Shown one piece after another: positions 52,581 through 62,521 of a DNA stretch of 64,000 bases (position 1 is the first letter of the stretch; the number at the start of each line of letters is the position of its first letter). Source of the stretch: an uncultured delta proteobacterium (GTDB lineage: Bacteria > Desulfobacterota > Binatia > Binatales > Binataceae); assembly GCA_963724765.1 (NCBI GenBank), contig CAVRVY010000004.1, positions 1,664,001 to 1,728,000 on the forward strand. The letters run 5' to 3'. The notes under the pieces were generated by a model. The model was not told the origin of the DNA. It made no database searches and saw nothing but the letters and a program-made list of their open reading frames with translations. A program made the position numbers and the translations under genes.

Positions 52581-52883
52581 ATGGTTAGTTCGATACGAGA
52601 GCAATCGGTACACGCCGGAGGAACGGCGCTGGACCTTCGAATCTGGGCGTGGTTGGTGGGGCTGCTAATCGCGGGGTTGACGGTGTTCGTCATGCCTATC
52701 CCGAAGATCGCGGCGATCGGACTCGTATTCGCGGCGGCGATCATAAAGGCCGCATTGGTGGTGCGTAAGTACATGCATCTCGAAGCGGCACACTGGCTAC
52801 TGTACGTGATCGCACTCGTTCCGGTGTTCCTGATCATAGCCATGGCGGTCGCATTGCTACCGGATATCGCTCTCAGACAATGA
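52581..52883 (+). CDS. Cytochrome c oxidase subunit IV family
   Basis: Three TM helices, KAALVV..YMHL. Confidence 0.85.
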   Translation: MVSSIREQSVHAGGTALDLRIWAWLVGLLIAGLTVFVMPIPKIAAIGLVFAAAIIKAALVVRKYMHLEAAHWLLYVIALVPVFLIIAMAVALLPDIALRQ

Positions 52884-53527
52884 GACTGGCGCTGCGATCC
52901 CAGACTTCTGTCGACGCACTCGCGACTGCGCAAGTTTTGCAGCCCGTCGAAAGCGAGGAAGAGATCGGCGGGGCGAGCCCGATTGCGAGCAACGTGCTTG
53001 CGGTCGCCATCTTCATCGCTTCTGAAGTCATGCTCTTCGGCGGGCTGCTGAGCTCCTTCATGATTTTGCGCGCCGAGAATTCCCAATGGCCGCCCGTCGG
53101 TCAGCCGCGCCTCCCGCTCCAGGTTACGACGCTCAACAGCCTTATCCTGTTTGCTAGCTGCTGGACCGTCATCCGCGCGGTAGGAGCAGCAAGAAACGGT
53201 CAACGCGACGCATTAATCAATCGGCTTTCGTGGACGCTGCTGCTCGGCGCAGTATTTCTTTTGGTTCAGGGTTCCGAATGGGTTCGGCTGATTCATTTCG
53301 GCCTTACCGTGAGCTCGAGCGTCTATGGCGGCCTCTTCTACACGTTGGTCGGCATACATGCGGTCCACGTGATAGGCGCGGTGGTGGCTCTGTGTGTCGT
53401 GCTCCGGCTCGCGCGACAGGGCCGTTACTTGCCCGGTGATTACAGCGGCGTGGTCGCCTGCTCATTGTACTGGTGTTTCGTCGTGCTGCTCTGGGGGGTG
53501 ATCTATGTCACTGTCTATCTCGGTTAG
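52880..53527 (+). CDS. Second subunit III-like protein
   Basis: FIASEVMLFGGL, WPP.GQPRLP, LVGIHAVHV, YWCFV. Confidence 0.9.
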   Translation: MRLALRSQTSVDALATAQVLQPVESEEEIGGASPIASNVLAVAIFIASEVMLFGGLLSSFMILRAENSQWPPVGQPRLPLQVTTLNSLILFASCWTVIRAVGAARNGQRDALINRLSWTLLLGAVFLLVQGSEWVRLIHFGLTVSSSVYGGLFYTLVGIHAVHVIGAVVALCVVLRLARQGRYLPGDYSGVVACSLYWCFVVLLWGVIYVTVYLG

Positions 53528-53528
53528 G

Positions 53529-53780
53529 ATGGCCCGGTTGCTGGCGGCGGAGATTGGCGTATCGCTGATACCGACGACTGTTCTCGCGTGTCCCTTCTGC
53601 TACGCAGCCAGCAATCCACGCACGCTGCATGCCTTTTACGTCAGCACGGCCGCGCTGACGCTTATGCCGCTCATGTTGATAGCTGGCTTCGCTATATGGA
53701 TTTCACGAGCTTACAACAATCCCAAAATCCGCCGCGGCCAGTCCACGGCGGCGACGACGACATCATCGGTCGAACGATGA
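53529..53780 (+). CDS. Small exported or membrane-anchored CxxC protein
   Basis: Signal-like segment ending VLA, then CPFC and one TM helix; coupled to its neighbours. Confidence 0.7.
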   Translation: MARLLAAEIGVSLIPTTVLACPFCYAASNPRTLHAFYVSTAALTLMPLMLIAGFAIWISRAYNNPKIRRGQSTAATTTSSVER

Positions 53781-54328
53781 GTGCTCCAGTTTCCGAAGAA
53801 AGTATGTCGGCGTTTGCTGAACGTCGTCGCTCGCTCCTGAACTTTTATTGGGAGATCGAAATCCAAGGTCTTCGGCTTGTCTTCGCGATGCTGAGGCAAC
53901 TCGAGGACGAGGATTCACTGGCCAATCTCACCCGACTGGCCGCCGACGAGGCGCGGCATGTATGGCTGTTAAGTAAAAAGATCGTCGATCTTGGCGGCAC
54001 GCCGATGCCTGATAGCCGGGCCCATCGGACGCGCAGGGCCCAGATGGTGAGAATTCCGAAGGACGCGGCCGAGTTGCTGGCCGTGGTGGTGGCGGCGAAA
54101 GAGCGAGCTTACAACCGCTACACGATGGAGTCCTCCCCCGAAGATCTGACGCTCGCCGAATTGCGCCGAACGATCGGCGAGGACGAAAAATCGCATTTGG
54201 CCTGGCTCAAGCAGAAGCTCGCGCGCGTCAGCGGCGAACAGCATTCGCTGGGCCGCGTCGAGAGTTACCTGGCAGCGGAACAGGCAGTATATGCTGCCTT
54301 CACCACAGCACAGCCGCACTCCTGGTAA
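53777..54328 (+). CDS. Ferritin-like (di-iron four-helix bundle) protein
   Basis: EIEIQG...DEARH...KE...DEKSH; ATGA overlap with the upstream gene. Confidence 0.8.
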   Translation: MSAPVSEESMSAFAERRRSLLNFYWEIEIQGLRLVFAMLRQLEDEDSLANLTRLAADEARHVWLLSKKIVDLGGTPMPDSRAHRTRRAQMVRIPKDAAELLAVVVAAKERAYNRYTMESSPEDLTLAELRRTIGEDEKSHLAWLKQKLARVSGEQHSLGRVESYLAAEQAVYAAFTTAQPHSW

Positions 54329-54390
54329 AAACGCAAAGCCTTTTGTGACTATATTTTGTCCGGGGCGTGAGCGTTTAATAGTGCTGTGGG

Positions 54391-55920
54391 ATGATGACGA
54401 AGAAAGCCGATTCTCCGCGCGAGACGCGCCACGAGGCCGGGCCTCCGTACTTTGATCTTCTTTGGGATAGCGATCTCAACGAGTTGATCCCGCTCCTCAA
54501 CGCCATCGCGCATAGCCGCCAGCAGGTACTTGAACGCTGGCACGATCTCTACCTCCTTTATTTCGGCGATAGGCGGGCACTGTCCCGCGCCGACTTCTTT
54601 CGAATATACGGTGCGGACCTCGATGCGACTGTGAAGGGCTTTCGCGAGAAAGCGATGGACCGCTTCGTTGACGAGATCAGCCGGATCGGTGAGCTACTGG
54701 TTGTAAACAATGTCCCTTTTTCAGAAGTTGTAGTCTCGATGCATCTGTTCGAGGAAAGCGCGAGCGCCACCTTTCCGCCTGACGCGCCATCCGACGTCTA
54801 CCGTCTGTTCGACAAGATCAGCCATTGCCGCACGGTGATCCTGGCCGAGACATATTTCCGCTCTCGGAAGGCGACTTCGGCCGTGCGTATTCGGCAGTTG
54901 GAGAAGGAAGCGGGTCAACTGCCTACTGGGATTAGGGCGCGCTTTCATGGTCTGGTCGGAGCAAGTTCGCCTATGCGGCGTCTGTACGAGCTGATTGAAG
55001 CCGCGGCCGGTGTGCGCAGCACGGTCTTGCTCGTTGGGGAGACTGGCAGCGGCAAGGAACTTGTCGCGCGCGCACTCCACGAGTGCTCGGCCGCCGCGCG
55101 CGGTCCCTTCGTGGCGCTCAATTGCGCCGCGGTTCCGCGTGATCTCATCGAGAGCGAACTGTTCGGTCACAAGCGAGGCGCGTTCAGCGGCGCGACCGGC
55201 GACTATGCAGGACTGTTTCGTGCGGCAGAGGGCGGAACGCTTTTTCTCGATGAGATCACCGAGATGAGCGCCGAGACCCAGAGCAAGCTTCTGCGTGCGA
55301 TACAAGAGCGCACCGTGCGGCCCGTGGGCGCAACCAGCGAAGTGTCGGTCAATGCCAGGCTGGTAGCCTCGACCAACCGCGACCCGCAAGTCGCCACCCA
55401 GGAGGGACGCCTGCGCGAGGACCTCTATTATCGGCTCCATGTCAACGTTCTGCGTGTGCCATCTCTGCGCGAGCGGCTCGACGACATTCCCCTGCTGGTT
55501 GATCATTTTGTCCAGCTCTTTAACGAACGGCTGGAGCGAAGAATTCCGATCATGGAGGTTGAGCCAGAGGCGCTGGAAGCCTTGCAGCGCCACCTCTGGC
55601 CGGGGAACGTTCGCGAACTGGCGAATATCATCGAGGCGGCGTTTACTTTCAATTCCTCAGAGTCGATCGGACTCAAAGATTTGCCGGAAGCGATCAGCGA
55701 TCGCGTTCATACGGCACCGCCTAACAGCTTAAAGGCCGGCACCGCTCTCAACCTGGCTGAGACTGAGCGTGATGTGATCTCTCGCGCGCTCGAAAGCGCG
55801 AAGGGTAACAAATGCCGCGCGGCCGAATTGTTGGGAATCTCGAGGAAGATGCTTTACGCACGGATTGCAAAATATCGTCTTGCTTCGCCACGGTACTCGA
55901 AGCAACGCAAGCGGGTTTAA
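54391..55920 (+). CDS. Sigma-54 enhancer-binding protein with an N-terminal all-helical (RsbR/globin-like) sensor
   Basis: [42 protein letters not shown], Fis-type HTH; no receiver Asp motif in the N-terminus. Confidence 0.9.
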   Translation: MMTKKADSPRETRHEAGPPYFDLLWDSDLNELIPLLNAIAHSRQQVLERWHDLYLLYFGDRRALSRADFFRIYGADLDATVKGFREKAMDRFVDEISRIGELLVVNNVPFSEVVVSMHLFEESASATFPPDAPSDVYRLFDKISHCRTVILAETYFRSRKATSAVRIRQLEKEAGQLPTGIRARFHGLVGASSPMRRLYELIEAAAGVRSTVLLVGETGSGKELVARALHECSAAARGPFVALNCAAVPRDLIESELFGHKRGAFSGATGDYAGLFRAAEGGTLFLDEITEMSAETQSKLLRAIQERTVRPVGATSEVSVNARLVASTNRDPQVATQEGRLREDLYYRLHVNVLRVPSLRERLDDIPLLVDHFVQLFNERLERRIPIMEVEPEALEALQRHLWPGNVRELANIIEAAFTFNSSESIGLKDLPEAISDRVHTAPPNSLKAGTALNLAETERDVISRALESAKGNKCRAAELLGISRKMLYARIAKYRLASPRYSKQRKRV

Positions 55921-56109
55921 GCCACTTTTCGCAACTCGATCTGGTCCTCGCGGGCGCAATCGCTCTCGATCGTTTGGTCCATACGGGCACAATGCGAACC
56001 GCGATGCTTGTTGGACGCGCTGCCCGAGAAGGAGTCGTCCGGCGATACATCGTTGATAACGGGACGTTCTGTCTGTTACCCGGCGCACAGCGACTCCCCT
56101 GCCCCAAAG

Positions 56110-56125
56110 CGGCACGATTGATGCT
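56110..56125 (+). promoter_or_regulatory. Sigma-54 promoter
   Basis: CGGCACGATTGATGCT 56 bp upstream of the LLM start. Confidence 0.65.
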
Positions 56126-56180
56126 GTCTCATAAACAGGCCGCGGGTCTATCCCAAACAGGCCGAAGAGAGGACGCCAGA

Positions 56181-57254
56181 ATGAAATTCGGCATGCTTCA
56201 TCTTTTCGAAAACCCCATCGACAAGACGGAACACCAGATCGTAAAGGAGCAACTCGACCTCATGCGGGCCGCGGAGGATTTTGGCTTCGATTCGGTCTGG
56301 CCAGCGGAGCATCATTTCACCGAGTATGGCTATTGCGCCTCGCCGGCAGTCACGCTGGCCGCGATAGCGGCCGTGACCAAACGGATTCGCCTCGGCACCG
56401 GCGTCGTGGTGCTGCCCTTTCACAATCCGATCCGTGTGGCCGAGGACTTCGCGATGCTCGACCTGATGAGCGACGGGCGGGTCGACTTCGGCGTCGGCCG
56501 CGGCTACCAGCCAGTCGAGTACCGGGGTTTCCAGGTTGAGCAGGAAAAATCGCGCGGCATCTTCAACGAGGCCCTTGAAATGATCATACAGGCGTGGACC
56601 CAAGAACGGGTCAATTTCAGGGGGGCTCACTACAACATCGTCGACCAGCCGGTCCGTCCCAAGCCGCTCCAGAAGCCGCATCCGCCGATATGGGTCGCTG
56701 GCATCACCGATGCGACCTTTGCGCTGGTCGGAAGGCTCGGTTGCAACCTGCTATGCGCGCCGGTCTTTGGCTTTCAGGGCAAGAGCGCGGAAAAGCTGCT
56801 TGACGACTACCGGACGGCGCTGCGCGAGGGAGGCCACGACCCAGCGAGCAAGGAAATCGCCGCCCTGACCATGGTTTACTGCGGCGAGACCACCGAGCAG
56901 GCGCGGCGCGACTTCGGCGAGCGCGTAATGTGGTACTACCGCACGATCGCGAAGTATGTCGCCCCGCCCTCGGGCGAGCGGCCGGTGAAGACCTACGAGC
57001 TTTACGCCAAAACCCGCGAACTGGCGGAGACGATCACGTGGGGGAAGCTTCTGGAGGCCGGCGCGGTCATCTGTGGCGACCGGGATCACTGCATTGAACA
57101 GCTGGCCAAGATCCAAAAGGCCTACGGAGTGACACAGATCCTGTGCTGGACGCGGCTCGGCGGGCTCGATAGTCGCAAGGTCACCCGGAGCATGGAGTTG
57201 ATGCAAAAGTACGTAATGCCGCATTTCCAGCACGGCGAGAAGCGAGCCGCCTAG
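56181..57254 (+). CDS. LLM-class flavin-dependent oxidoreductase
   Basis: MKFG, SVWPAEHHF, GRVDFGVGRGY, PLQKPHPPIW; GAGG RBS. Confidence 0.93.
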   Translation: MKFGMLHLFENPIDKTEHQIVKEQLDLMRAAEDFGFDSVWPAEHHFTEYGYCASPAVTLAAIAAVTKRIRLGTGVVVLPFHNPIRVAEDFAMLDLMSDGRVDFGVGRGYQPVEYRGFQVEQEKSRGIFNEALEMIIQAWTQERVNFRGAHYNIVDQPVRPKPLQKPHPPIWVAGITDATFALVGRLGCNLLCAPVFGFQGKSAEKLLDDYRTALREGGHDPASKEIAALTMVYCGETTEQARRDFGERVMWYYRTIAKYVAPPSGERPVKTYELYAKTRELAETITWGKLLEAGAVICGDRDHCIEQLAKIQKAYGVTQILCWTRLGGLDSRKVTRSMELMQKYVMPHFQHGEKRAA

Positions 57255-57362
57255 AGCCCGCGAGGGCTCCTCCGGCTCCGGCGCGTGGAGGATGCAGGTC
57301 GAGGCAGGAGCTTAAAGGGGCAGACGACAAAGCTTTCCCTTTGGCAAATGCGTGAGCTCCTG

Positions 57363-58189
57363 TTATCTCTCCGAGCCGGGTGCGCTCTTCTCGGATTGAT
57401 GGAGCAGCGCGAGTTTTGCTGCGCGCTGTTTAAGCGTCGCCTCGTCCGCGACCTTGTAGCGCCGATAAATCGATTCCGTGCGGTGGCCGACCATCGCCAT
57501 AGCGGCCGAGCGCGGGACGCCCGCCCGTTCGAGATTGCGAACTGCGGTGCGGCGAAAGTCGTGGGGCACCTTTCCTACTACGCCGGCACGCTCGCAGGCC
57601 AACGCCCAAGCTTTCCTGAAGTCCTTAATCGGCTTCCCGTTATGATGGAATAGCCACGGAATGCTCCGGTTGGTTTTGCGCTCAAGTTCGTTTACCTTTT
57701 CGAGCTGTCGCTCTAGTAGTTCGCGCATTCCCGGCGTGAGTGACGCCTCAAGGCTGCTAGTTCCCGATTGATCGTCGCGCTAGCCGCACGTTGCTCCTGT
57801 CGCCAGCTAATGTAGCTCGGGATGCGATCGTTCATGATCTTGACCGCGACGCTGCCGCCGAAAAATCCGCGCAGATGACCCAACGCGTCCTCCACGCGTT
57901 CAAGGCTACGGCGTGCGTTAGCCTGATAGTCGTCGAGCAGAATCCGGGCAAGGTCCTCGAACGTCGCCCTGCCCCTCCTCGGGCCTACGGGATTGCCTTG
58001 CGCTGCCGCCTCTAATCGCTGCTGAAGAACCCTTTTAGCCTCCGCTCGATTGCGGGAACCGGAGTCGCGAAATCGCGTGCCCCGGATAGAGTACTGAACC
58101 CACCAGGTGGAGGCTGCCTTCCGCTCGCCGGTGTTTTTGTCGACGTATGTAGGCCGATATACCAGCCCCGTTCCACGACTCTTCTTCAC
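57363..58189 (-). pseudogene. Tyrosine integrase with an internal deletion
   Basis: N-terminal arm/core-binding region (ATINRELAALRR) joined out of frame to HDFRRTAVRNL...GH...Y; the first catalytic Arg region is missing. Confidence 0.85.
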
Positions 58190-58311
58190 CAGGTTCTCGC
58201 CGATCCGCTCGTCCAGGCGTATTTACGGAAGTCTTCCTCCAGAGACGCACGTCGCCGCGGCCTGAGGTCAATTCCTAGCGCAAATGCGCCCCAGCCCAAA
58301 AGCGCGCAGCG

Positions 58312-58364
58312 CTCAAAATCCTCCGTGCGCAAGCACATGCGGGTTCAAGTCCCGCCCTCGGCCA
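58312..58364 (+). other. 3' half of tRNA-Leu(CAA), probable attachment site (attR)
   Basis: CTCAAAA anticodon loop, variable arm GTGC-GCAA-GCAC, T-arm GCGGGTTCAAGTCCCGC, CCTCGGCCA; no matching 5' half; next to the integrase. Confidence 0.85.
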
Positions 58365-58425
58365 ACGACGCCGTAGCGGCCGATTCGGCTTTTTGAAAGG
58401 GAAATCTCTAGAGACAGTGACTCGT

Positions 58426-58462
58426 TGGCGGAGAGAGAGGGGAATTTGAACTCGCGACCCCC
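58426..58462 (-). other. Degenerate tRNA(Ser-like) 3'-end fragment at the end of the serine-recombinase element
   Basis: Reverse complement ...GAGTTCAAATTCCCCTCTCTCTCCGCCA (T-loop, acceptor strand, CCA). Confidence 0.6.
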
Positions 58463-58721
58463 ACTATCGGTTGTGTTCGGGAAATTGTCGGCGACTTTGG
58501 CCCAGTATCTAGCTGAGAGAAAAGCAAGCAGTGCTGGAGAGAATCTCATCGCCGGAAATTCGCCTCTCATTTCTGAACCTCTTTGCGCGTTCAGCTCCTG
58601 TTGAGAACCTGGATGATTTGGCCACACTTGGCGCTGATTTCTAAGCGGCAGGACTGGCTTCATAGGCGAAGCAGAGCAATGTGTGTGTCTGTCCGCGGAG
58701 GCGGAGGAGAGTGGACAGCCC

Positions 58722-59204
58722 ATGAAAAGCAAAATCTTCATAGGCGATAGAGCAACTCTGCCGAATGAAATCGCCATCTTAGCTGAAGCAACCCCAGCAG
58801 ATCTCAAAAGCCGCTGGCGTGTGCTCTACGGTACTGAGCCGCCGCCGCGCATCAGCCGTGACCTGCTAACTCGCGCAGTCGCATATCGGATTCAGGAGGA
58901 GGCGCTCGGCGGCCTGAAACCGTCGAAGCTCCGATTGCTGGCGAAACTTGCTGCCGATGCCTCGGCGCGACGGCCCATCCAGGTGACGCCTGCGCCGATT
59001 CTCACCCCCGGAACCGTACTGCTGCGCGACTGGCACGGCACCCAACATCAAGTGATCGTCCGTAAGCACGGCGTGGAGTTTCAGGGCAAGCATTACAAGT
59101 CTCTGTCTCAAGTCGCGCGCCGGATTACCGGCAGCAACTGGTCCGGTCCGTTGTTCTTCGGTCTGAAGGCCAAGCCTCGGGAGCACGCCGATGGATCATT
59201 CTAA
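58722..59204 (+). CDS. DUF2924 domain protein
   Basis: AYRIQE..LGGL, PGTVLLRDW.G, SLS.VARRITG..WSGPLFFG. Confidence 0.9.
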   Translation: MKSKIFIGDRATLPNEIAILAEATPADLKSRWRVLYGTEPPPRISRDLLTRAVAYRIQEEALGGLKPSKLRLLAKLAADASARRPIQVTPAPILTPGTVLLRDWHGTQHQVIVRKHGVEFQGKHYKSLSQVARRITGSNWSGPLFFGLKAKPREHADGSF

Positions 59205-60871
59205 ATCTCGAGCCCGCCGCTGCGCGATCTACACCCGTAAAAGTTCGGAGGAGGGCCTCGACCACGACTTCAACTCCCTGCAAGCCCAGCGCGAAGCCTG
59301 CGAGGCGTTCATCAAGAGCCAGGCGAGCGAGGGCTGGAAACTCATCAAGACCGCGTACGACGATGGTCGAATATCAGGCGGTACCATGGAGCGACCGGCG
59401 CTACAACGGCTGCTCGCAGATATCGGCGAGGGTCTGGTCGATGTAGTGGTGGTCTACAAGGTCGATCGGCTCACGCGCTCGCTGGCCGACTTCGCCAAGA
59501 TGGTCGAGATGTTCGATGCGCGCGGGGTATCGTTCGTGGCTGTGACTCAGCAGTTTAACACCACCACCTCGATGGGCAGGCTGACGCTGAACGTTTTGCT
59601 CTCCTTCGCCCAGTTCGAGAGAGAGGTCACTGGCGAGCGCATCCGCGATAAAGCCTCCAAGCGCAAGGGCATGTGGATGGGCGGTGTCCCTCCGCTGGGA
59701 TATGAAGTTCGCGAGCGTAGGCTGGTCGTCAATCCAACCGAAGCCAACACGGTCCGGTACATCTATGAGCGCTACATGGAACTGGGCTGCGTCAGGCAGC
59801 TCAGCAGGGAACTCGACGAGCGTGGAATCTTATCGAAGGTCCGGATCTCGAAGAAGGGTATCAAGTCAGGAGGGTGCCGCTTCTCGCGCGGAGCCTTGTA
59901 TGAACTGCTGGCGAACCCTGTCCATATGGGAGAGATCCGCCACAAGCAGGAGCGCTATCCGGGGCAGCACGAAGCGATTGTGCCGCGCGAGCTTTGGGAG
60001 AGAGTGCAGCAGCGATTGCGCGTGAATGGCTGCTCGCGGCCGGCAATCCTCGACCTGCGCGATTGCGAGTCCGCTGGCGGGAAAGATTTTCGATGCGGAC
60101 GGTGAGCCGCTCTATGCCCAGGGGGCGGCAAAGGCGGGGCGGCGGTACCGTTACTACGTATCTCGAAGTCTGGTGAACGGTTCCTCAAGCGATGACAGAA
60201 AAGGCTGGCGACTCGCTGCACCGGAACTCGAGCGAGCGGTGGCGATTGCTACGCAGCACATCCTCAGCGATCGCGCCGGGATGCTGGAGGTGCTGGAACG
60301 GTCGGGGCTCCAATCGCTCGACGTAAGAGCCACTATTGAATCGACCTACGCTCTTTCCCGCCGATTGGAAAACGAAGCCGATTCCAAGGAATGCATGGTC
60401 GAGCTCGTCAACCGGATCGAACTGTGCGACGATGGCGTACGGGTGACACTCAAGATCCGGGTTCCCTGTTCGCGCGCGGGAGTGCAGACCAGCAGCATTC
60501 TTGGTCTGTCCCGCTTCGTGCCACTCAAAATGAAGCGCCGCGGTGTGGAAACGCGGATCATCATCGCCGGGGGTAATGAGCCGCCGCGCGAAGTAGACTC
60601 GGCACTGCTCAAAGCCGTAGCACGTGCGAGGGTGTGGTTTGACGAACTGGCGTCCGGCCGGGTGCACTCGCTCGCCGAGATCGCGCGAAACGAAGGTATT
60701 GCCAAGCGCTACGTCGAGCGTCTCTCGCGCCTGGCGTTCGTAACACCCGCAATCGTGGAAGCGATCTGCCAGGGGCAACAACCCGCAGAGCTTAACGCCG
60801 AGACGCTGCTCAACCGCATCGATCTGCCGCTCGAATGGCCGGCGCAACTAAACGCTCTCGGTATCAACTGA
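59191..60871 (+). pseudogene. Large serine recombinase, frameshifted near 60030
   Basis: CAIYTRKS, RPALQRL, YKVDRLTRS, FAQFERE; C-terminus in ORF 60026-60871. Confidence 0.9.
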
Positions 60872-61369
60872 GTGCGGTCTTCACTTGCGTCGATCTGACG
60901 CGGTCATTCTCGGACGGTCAGACCTGATCGATTGAAAGTAAGCAATGGTCGGGCGAACGCCACCCAGCGCATTCAGACGCTGAAGCGAACGAAAGAACGC
61001 CACATCCCGCGCGGAGTCCTAGCCTTGACGCTTGAAGCAATAGACGCAAGTTCCTGCGTCACAACCTGCGCGGCCGTTATTTTACCGTCGGCCTCTACCT
61101 TTTTGGTTAGAAAGCCACAGTCGGACTGCGCCATCTAAAGGAGATGATACCGACTGTTGGCGGGTGATGGTCGGAACGGACCCGGAAGGCGACAGGCATG
61201 CACACGAACGAATCTACCTAGGGAATCCAAACCTTGGGGACGATCCGCTTGTCCGCCAATGTCGGTGAATTCAGAAGTGTCTTAATGACCTGTTGTCGAC
61301 GACGCGGCGTTGGACTATCCCTCTGATGAAGCAATCTTAAAAGCGCTTCAAGGGAAGCGGAGGTAGTGT

Positions 61370-62185
61370 ATGTCACTATGGCCCGAAGGTGTCCGCTGTT
61401 GCGCCGTCTTGAGTTTCGATCTCGACGCTGATCTGTTCTGGAGCGTTTGGCTCAACGGGAAGCCGACCCTACTAGACCGCTCGCAGGGCGAGTACGGGCC
61501 CAGAGTCGGCCTACGCCGCATTCTCGCGATGCTCGCGCGCCATGACCTTGAGGCTACCTTCTTCGTGCCGGGGCGCATAGCCGAGCGATATCCGGACGCC
61601 GTGCGGGCAATTGCCGAAGCGGGTCACGAGATTGCGCATCATGGGTACAATCATGAGGACTTCTCAAAGCTCTCGGCTACCGAGCAGCGTGAGGTCCTGG
61701 CTAGAGGGGCACAGGCCCTACAGGCTGTGACGGGACGCGCGCCGCGCGGCACCCGTTTGATACCGGGTGAGGACACAGCGGCCATTCTTCATGAAGCCGG
61801 CTACCTATATTCGAGCATCATGATGGACGCGGAAACGCCTTACCGTCACGTCATCGACGGTAAGGCCACCGATCTTATCGAGCTGCCAACGACGTTCGCC
61901 CTGAATGACTCTTCCTGTTTCGCCTATAGCTTCGGTCTGGCGAAGCCGCTCCTCACTCCCGGAATCGTAGAGGCTATGTATCTTGAGGAGTTCGAAGCCG
62001 AATACGAGGAACGCGGCTTTTGCATGTTCATGTTACATCCTCAGCTTATCGGACGTCCCGGGCGGCTGCGCATGCTGGAGCGCGTGGTTACTCACATGAA
62101 GTCATGCGGGGACGTGCTTTTCACAACGGCTGAAAAGGTAGCCGAACGGTGCCGGCAGGTACTACCCCGAGATAGTGTGCAGTAG
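61370..62185 (+). CDS. Polysaccharide deacetylase (PuuE/PgdA-like)
   Basis: SFDLD, YGPRVG..RIL, ATFFVPG, HEIAHHGYNH, HPQLIGRP.R; GGAGG RBS. Confidence 0.9.
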   Translation: MSLWPEGVRCCAVLSFDLDADLFWSVWLNGKPTLLDRSQGEYGPRVGLRRILAMLARHDLEATFFVPGRIAERYPDAVRAIAEAGHEIAHHGYNHEDFSKLSATEQREVLARGAQALQAVTGRAPRGTRLIPGEDTAAILHEAGYLYSSIMMDAETPYRHVIDGKATDLIELPTTFALNDSSCFAYSFGLAKPLLTPGIVEAMYLEEFEAEYEERGFCMFMLHPQLIGRPGRLRMLERVVTHMKSCGDVLFTTAEKVAERCRQVLPRDSVQ

Positions 62186-62304
62186 ACGTGCATCTTGGGT
62201 TGCGTGTTGCAGCCAACGTTCGGTCGCGCGTATTTTCCGGACCTAGGGCGTCGCCAACAGGACGCTCCGCCGCAGCAGCTCTTGGAGGCTCCTTCGAGGC
62301 GGGC

Positions 62305-62398
62305 CCGGCGCAGCTAAACGCTCGCGGTATCCAGTAAGGTGCCGGTTTTCAGCTGCGTCCTTCTCGGACACACAGACCCGATCGATTGGAATTTAAGC
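62305..62398 (+). repeat. Degenerate copy of the recombinase 3' end and downstream sequence (60839-60943)
   Basis: CCGGCGCA.CTAAACGCTC.CGGTATC and TTCTCGGAC...CAGACC.GATCGATTG shared by both copies. Confidence 0.75.
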
Positions 62399-62521
62399 CC
62401 CCGGTCTCCTGGAGCGGCGATGTTTGGACGAACCTGTCTGTGGCGAATTGCTGAATCTGGCAGAGAACACTTCAGCATCGCAATCTTGTGAATCCTTCAC
62501 TTACCGTTAAAGTTCGCTTTC

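Noticed and set aside
56074-56089. TGT-N10-ACA NifA-like enhancer site
   Set aside because: Single short match only about 20 bp from the -24 element, too close for a typical enhancer and likely by chance
55812-56180. 123-aa N-terminal extension on the last LLM ORF
   Set aside because: RBS, the MKFG family start at 56181 and a sigma-54 promoter inside the extension indicate it is not translated
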